NCBI GenBank assembly: GCA_030827745.1
Contig: JAURDW010000003.1
Coordinates: 1 to 60,120, forward strand
DNA: 60,120 nt
Direction of reading: 5' to 3'
Source: Poseidonia sp.
GTDB taxonomy: Archaea > Thermoplasmatota > Poseidoniia > Poseidoniales > Poseidoniaceae
Shown: positions 55,787 through 60,120 of the stretch, piece by piece
How the letters are laid out: every line of letters starts with the position of its first letter
How positions within the stretch are numbered: position 1 is the first letter of the stretch
The notes under the pieces: model-generated
Databases searched by the model: none
What the model was told of the DNA's origin: nothing
The model's input: the letters and a program-made list of their open reading frames with translations, nothing else
Translations under genes and position numbers: made by a program

Positions 55787-56767
55787 TCATTCGTTCAAGC
55801 GAGCGATAAGGTCAGCTTTCTTTCCAGAGACCGGCTTTCCGGCAGCCTTCAGCAGTTCCTTGAGTTCACCAACGGTCATGGATGAATAATCGACGCCTTC
55901 CTCGTTGGTCTCTGCCTCGGCAGTTGCCTCTACCGTCTCGTCAGCAGCGACTTCCGCTGCTGGCTCAGCCGGGGCTTCAACCGCTTCTTCGGCTTCTTCA
56001 ACCTCGGCGTCGTCTTCTTCTTCGCCAGCCTCAGCTTGCTCGGCTTCTTCCTCCGCCATAGCAGCGGCAAGAGCAGCGGCTTTCTTGGCCTTCATCTCGG
56101 CAGCAGCACGCTGTTCATCAGCGTGAATCTCATCGAGGGTTGGTCCGAAAGACGCAACGGCCCCCTCCTGAAGGAGTTGGCTCTTGCGCACAACCACCGA
56201 ACGAACGGGGTAAATGGACTTGACACCCTTTTCGATGGCTTCTTCGAGAGAGCCGTCGAGCAAGGCGTTTTGGACATCGGCGTAGGTGCTTTTGGAAGCG
56301 TGGGCGATGATGATGTCTCGTGTTCGCGTGCGCATGTCCTGCTTGACCGAGGTCTGGACGCGCTGTTGGGTGATGATGAGGGGTTTCATCCGAACGAGGT
56401 AACCGTCGGTTGTGACGACATCGACAACATCGTCGACCTTCCCGCGGTAGCGTCGAACTTGTCGGCGGATGTGGTCGGCTTGGTGATAGTGTCCGATGAA
56501 GGTGGTCAAGGCGTCTTGACCAACGCATTCAGAAACCCTGAAACGGAGGACAACTTGCATCTTTGAGAAGTTGCCGTCAAATTCCTGCTGCGTCATTTCA
56601 TAGACGCGGCCGATGATATGATCTTCAGACTCACCAAGGGTTTCGCCAATTTGCTTGAAGTTGTGAGGATGGCGAGGGGCACGAATGGTGAACCATCGCT
56701 TTGTCTTCCACTTGTCACGTTGTTTACGCGCTGCTGCGCGTGCCTTTGCACTCACTTTCTTCGCCAT
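55787..56767 (-). CDS. rps3ae: 30S ribosomal protein S3Ae with acidic linker and C-terminal SAP domain
   Basis: DKWKTKRWFTIRAP...GRVYE...LRFRV core; Glu/Ala-rich linker; YSSMTVGELKELLKAAGKPVSGKKADLIARL. Confidence 0.94.
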   Translation of the reverse strand: MAKKVSAKARAAARKQRDKWKTKRWFTIRAPRHPHNFKQIGETLGESEDHIIGRVYEMTQQEFDGNFSKMQVVLRFRVSECVGQDALTTFIGHYHQADHIRRQVRRYRGKVDDVVDVVTTDGYLVRMKPLIITQQRVQTSVKQDMRTRTRDIIIAHASKSTYADVQNALLDGSLEEAIEKGVKSIYPVRSVVVRKSQLLQEGAVASFGPTLDEIHADEQRAAAEMKAKKAAALAAAMAEEEAEQAEAGEEEDDAEVEEAEEAVEAPAEPAAEVAADETVEATAEAETNEEGVDYSSMTVGELKELLKAAGKPVSGKKADLIARLNE

Positions 56768-56913
56768 GTCTTTCCCTCGGTCGTCTTGCGGGGGCTACCC
56801 CACATGCGAGTTTTGGGACAAACATCCCCTATTTGAAGGAGCCTCATGGCGTCGCCGGCCAAAGAAGACATGGCTTCGGCAACCTCTTGAAGAAGAGCCT
56901 TTTGAAATGCACC

Positions 56914-57372
56914 GTGGGCCTTCACCGAATCTCATGGCGGACGACCTGCACTGCTTTGAGCAACACGGACGCTGTTGCCGATGCCATGGCTTGGCTCATC
57001 GGGGACGGGGACGTTGTTGAAATTGACCGGAGCCGTTCCTTCCACGGACCCGAAGTCGTCTTGATTTACGCTTCCACCAGCAAAAAGCGGTTGGCCCTTG
57101 ACTCCTTCGCCCGATTGGGAGAAGATGGACTGGATGTGCTCCAGACGACCTACGAGGGGCGCTATGATGAAGCGCACGTGCTTCATTTTCGCTTGGAACT
57201 CCATGCGCTTCTGAACGGAGAGGTTTGTGTAGCCCAACATCCCGGTACGGACCAAGTGAAAGGCGAAATCAAAGTCGAGGTCTACCCCGGCCAATCCCCC
57301 GAAGCGGAGCTCCTCGCCATCATCGACCGTGCCAGAGAACGTGCGAAACGGCTTGAGGCGGTGACGGAGTGA
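56914..57372 (+). CDS. DUF54/COG1325-like RNA-binding protein
   Basis: HRISWRTTCT...SFHGPEV...LHFRLELHALLNGEV...KVEVYPG; GTG start at 56914. Confidence 0.75.
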   Translation: MGLHRISWRTTCTALSNTDAVADAMAWLIGDGDVVEIDRSRSFHGPEVVLIYASTSKKRLALDSFARLGEDGLDVLQTTYEGRYDEAHVLHFRLELHALLNGEVCVAQHPGTDQVKGEIKVEVYPGQSPEAELLAIIDRARERAKRLEAVTE

Positions 57373-59537
57373 AGGGGACAGCGGTCGGGTTTTCGTTGAT
57401 GGCCGCTGTCCTTCTCTTGGCCTTTGGCCATCTCGCCCCCGCTGCAGCATCGGAACCTCATGCGAACCAAACACCGGAGTGCAACGCTGACCGGACCACT
57501 TGGACGGTGGGCGTGGTGTACTGTGACGACAGGGCCACCGAAGGCTACACGCTTTTTTCGCCCATCCCCTCAAACACAACCTACCTCATTGACCAAGAAG
57601 GCCGAGAAATGCACCGATGGACCTCACCGGGAGAACATCGCCCGGCTCTCTCGGCGTATTTGCTCCCTGACGGGGATTTGTTGCGAACAGCGAACATCGC
57701 CAGTTCAGCGGTTGGCAATTTCTCAGGAGGAGGCACCGGTGGGAAACTTGAGCGCATTTCCTGGGAAGGTGAACTTGAATGGTCATGGGAGTACTCCTCT
57801 GAATTGTTCATCGCCCATCACGATGTTGAACCGATGCCCAACGGGAACATCCTGATGATCGCTTGGGAGGAACGAACCGAAGCAGAGGCTCTGCAAGCAG
57901 GGAGAAACCCTGAGATAGCAAGCGATTCGCCCGGTGGTCAAAACAACATTTGGCCCGACCACATTGTCGAGGTCGAACCGGTCGGAAACGACAGCGCTCG
58001 CATTGTTTGGCGCTGGCATGCTTGGGACCATCTCATCCAAGACCACGACCCGAGCAAGGACAATTACGGCGTGGTGGCTGACCACCCAGAACGCATCAAC
58101 ATCAACTATGCAGGAGGTACCGGGAATGCTGCGGGCCGTGCAGACTGGATGCACTGCAACGGCATTGATTACAATCCAATTCTCGACCAAATCGCTCTCT
58201 CGTGCCGAAGCATGCACGAGATCTACATCATCGACCACAGCACCACCACGGAAGAAGCAGCGGGAAGCAGTGGAGGAAACGCTGGCATGGGAGGCGACAT
58301 CCTCTACCGCTGGGGCAATCCACAAGTGTATCACCAAGGGCTTTCCTCCGACCAGCAATTGTACGGGCAGCACGATGTGAATTGGATTCCTGAAGGCCAC
58401 CCATATGCAGGTTCGTTGTCCATCTTCAACAACGGCAACGGCAGGTACCCAGCCTATTCCTCAGTGGAGATTCTCTCCCCCGAGACCCATGCGTCAGGAG
58501 ACTATGTCTTGCAGAGCAACGGGACCTTCGGTCCCAACGCACCCAACTGGTCTTGGGACCTTGGCGAAGCGATGTATTCCGGCTCAATATCGGGTGTTGA
58601 TGCACTGCCGAATGGAAACATGCTCGTCACCCACGGCACCCAAGGGACCCTGTTTGAGATCGATGCTGAGGGCGATGTTGTTTGGACCTACGTCAACCCC
58701 GTCGGCCCCGAGGGGGGTTACAACCAGAGCGAACCGGTCCCGCCGGGTCAGCGGGCGGGTACGACGGCAAACACCGTGTTCAAAGCCCACCATGTGCCGT
58801 TGAACCACCCCGCCATTCTCGAAAAAAGCCCCGTTCCCATGTCGTACATTGAACGCTGGACGGACCAATGTCCGGACGAGGACGCTTGGGGATGGGACCG
58901 GGATGGCGACGGGTGCGTGGACGACAGCGACCAAGACGGCGTCCGTGATCCCTATGACCGATGCATGGGCGGTGATGATGGAGAAGATGTGGACCAGGAC
59001 AACGTCCCCGATGCGTGTGATTCTTTGGTTGACAGCGATGCGGATGGTGTTGCTGATGGCGAGGATGCCTGTCCGGGTTACAACGACAGCACCGATGCGG
59101 ACAACGACGGTATCCCCGAACCCTGCGATGACCTTGTTGACTCCGACAACGACGGGGTGGCGGATGGTGAGGATGCTTGCCCGGGGTACAACGACAGCGT
59201 TGATGCAGACAACGACGGCGTCCCCGAACCCTGCGATGACCTGGTCGACGCCGACAACGACGGGGTGGCGGACGGATTGGACGTTTGCCCGGGTGGCGAT
59301 GATGCTGTTGATGATGACCAGGACGGTTCACCAAACGCATGCGATGAAACACCGAACGGAGAGGGCGGGGGCGCTCTGAACAACGGCACAGCGGACGAAG
59401 ATGACGAGGGGCAAAGAGCGAACGCAGCAACCGAAGAATCAACAGGCCTGCTCACTCAAGTTTCGGTTTGGTTTGCGATGGGGGTTGTCCTCGTCGGCGT
59501 TGCTTTCGGTGGACGTCGTTTTCGACAAAACACTTGA
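57369..59537 (+). CDS. Arylsulfotransferase (ASST)-like beta-propeller with thrombospondin type-3 repeats and C-terminal TM anchor
   Basis: Signal peptide; GYTLF, AHHDVEPMPNGN, DWMHCNGIDY, YGQHDVNW, SGVDALPNGN; DxDxDG repeats; TM followed by RRFR. Confidence 0.85.
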   Translation: MKGTAVGFSLMAAVLLLAFGHLAPAAASEPHANQTPECNADRTTWTVGVVYCDDRATEGYTLFSPIPSNTTYLIDQEGREMHRWTSPGEHRPALSAYLLPDGDLLRTANIASSAVGNFSGGGTGGKLERISWEGELEWSWEYSSELFIAHHDVEPMPNGNILMIAWEERTEAEALQAGRNPEIASDSPGGQNNIWPDHIVEVEPVGNDSARIVWRWHAWDHLIQDHDPSKDNYGVVADHPERININYAGGTGNAAGRADWMHCNGIDYNPILDQIALSCRSMHEIYIIDHSTTTEEAAGSSGGNAGMGGDILYRWGNPQVYHQGLSSDQQLYGQHDVNWIPEGHPYAGSLSIFNNGNGRYPAYSSVEILSPETHASGDYVLQSNGTFGPNAPNWSWDLGEAMYSGSISGVDALPNGNMLVTHGTQGTLFEIDAEGDVVWTYVNPVGPEGGYNQSEPVPPGQRAGTTANTVFKAHHVPLNHPAILEKSPVPMSYIERWTDQCPDEDAWGWDRDGDGCVDDSDQDGVRDPYDRCMGGDDGEDVDQDNVPDACDSLVDSDADGVADGEDACPGYNDSTDADNDGIPEPCDDLVDSDNDGVADGEDACPGYNDSVDADNDGVPEPCDDLVDADNDGVADGLDVCPGGDDAVDDDQDGSPNACDETPNGEGGGALNNGTADEDDEGQRANAATEESTGLLTQVSVWFAMGVVLVGVAFGGRRFRQNT
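58923..59354 (+). repeat. Four 108-bp (36-aa) coding repeats, thrombospondin type-3-like
   Basis: Units start at 58923, 59031, 59139 and 59247; consensus DSDxDGVADGxDxCPGxxDxxDxDxDGxPxxCDxLV. Confidence 0.9.
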
Positions 59538-59624
59538 CGCCCCTCAAACGCCAATCAAGAACGAGAGGTGCCCTTGACAAGGGGTTAAGTAGAGCATCCA
59601 TTGTGAGTGGACTGAGGAAATACC

Positions 59625-59903
59625 ATGCCCCACGTTGTCACCTCCGCCTGCGTCGATCACAAGTACCAAGAATGCGTTGCCGTCTGTCCGGTGGAGGCCT
59701 TCAGGGAAGCTGAAACTTACCTCGTCATTGACCCTGACGAGTGCATTGACTGCGGAGCGTGCATCCCGGAGTGCCCCGTTGACGCCATCTTTGCCGACAC
59801 CGATGTCCCTGACGGTGAAGAAGCATGGATTGACCGCAACGCCGAAGAGTCCGTTGACGCCGAAATCGCTGAAGGCGATTCGCCAGTCCTTGCGTCCGAC
59901 TAA
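59625..59903 (+). CDS. 7Fe-type (3Fe-4S/4Fe-4S) ferredoxin, FdxA-like
   Basis: MPHVVTSACVDHKYQECVAVCPVE...IDPDECIDCGACIPECPVDAI. Confidence 0.93.
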   Translation: MPHVVTSACVDHKYQECVAVCPVEAFREAETYLVIDPDECIDCGACIPECPVDAIFADTDVPDGEEAWIDRNAEESVDAEIAEGDSPVLASD

Positions 59904-59969
59904 ATTTGATTTCTATGGCAATGAACCAAGCGTCTTAAGGGACGCTTGAAAACACCGGAGCGAAGGACC

Positions 59970-60120
59970 ATGAACACCGACATCTCACAATTCCGCAAAG
60001 GCAGCGATTTGGTCAAGCGAGGCTTCGCCCGAATGCAACAGGGCGGCGTCATCATGGATGTCGTCGACCCTGAGCAAGCAGCCGTCGCCGAAGATGCTGG
60101 TGCCGTTGCCGTCATGGCGC
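59970..60120 (+). CDS. pdxS: Pyridoxal 5'-phosphate synthase lyase subunit (5' part, truncated by the window end; not in the ORF track)
   Basis: [50 protein letters not shown]. Confidence 0.92.
   Translation, partial: MNTDISQFRKGSDLVKRGFARMQQGGVIMDVVDPEQAAVAEDAGAVAVMA

Noticed and set aside
58923-59354. Regular repeats considered as a CRISPR array or DGR
   Set aside because: In-frame 108-bp degenerate coding repeats with no spacers; no cas or RT gene in the window
319-60120. Numerous 60-200 aa antisense or alternate-frame ORFs, and possible Sec/Pyl readthrough or frameshifts
   Set aside because: Shadow ORFs are expected at this GC content; the recognised genes appear full length, with no in-frame stops or split domains

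Overview
A 60.1-kb, very gene-dense window (roughly 55-60% GC by eye) from an archaeal chromosome. Marine Group II Euryarchaeota (Ca. Poseidoniales, Thermoplasmatota) is inferred from archaeal informational genes combined with bacterial-type accessory genes and giant CARDB surface proteins. The informational genes are Rpo11, TruD, aEF-1beta, RlmE, aRF1, ArgRS, class I LysRS, AsnRS, TrpRS, aIF2beta, Nog1, aCPSF1, PsmB and S3Ae. The bacterial-type genes are NiSOD sodN/sodX, thyA-folA, a PlsC-family acyltransferase, parvulin and a 7Fe ferredoxin. Three RNA genes are missing from the ORF track: RNase P RNA (30756-31058, minus), tRNA-Lys(CUU) and tRNA-Pro(UGG). I see no CRISPR array, transposase or provirus; the first 213 bp are an AT-rich gene tail. 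The best candidate for an undescribed system is a pyruvoyl arginine decarboxylase homolog that has lost its self-cleavage and catalytic residues but kept the guanidinium-binding Asp, in an operon with a Zn-ribbon/winged-helix gene (possible arginine/agmatine sensor-regulator pair). Other leads: a two-state RNA structure ending next to the aCPSF1 ribosome-binding site, a pseudoknot-capable rpoL leader, an unannotated 34-aa double-CPxCG microprotein, an epimerase-Trx-VKOR-HTHD oxidative-folding operon, an S3Ae-SAP fusion, and two giant surface proteins with a shared stalk but different heads. All family calls come from motif recognition by eye, not database searches. Where the ORF-track start looked over-extended I refined it by hand.
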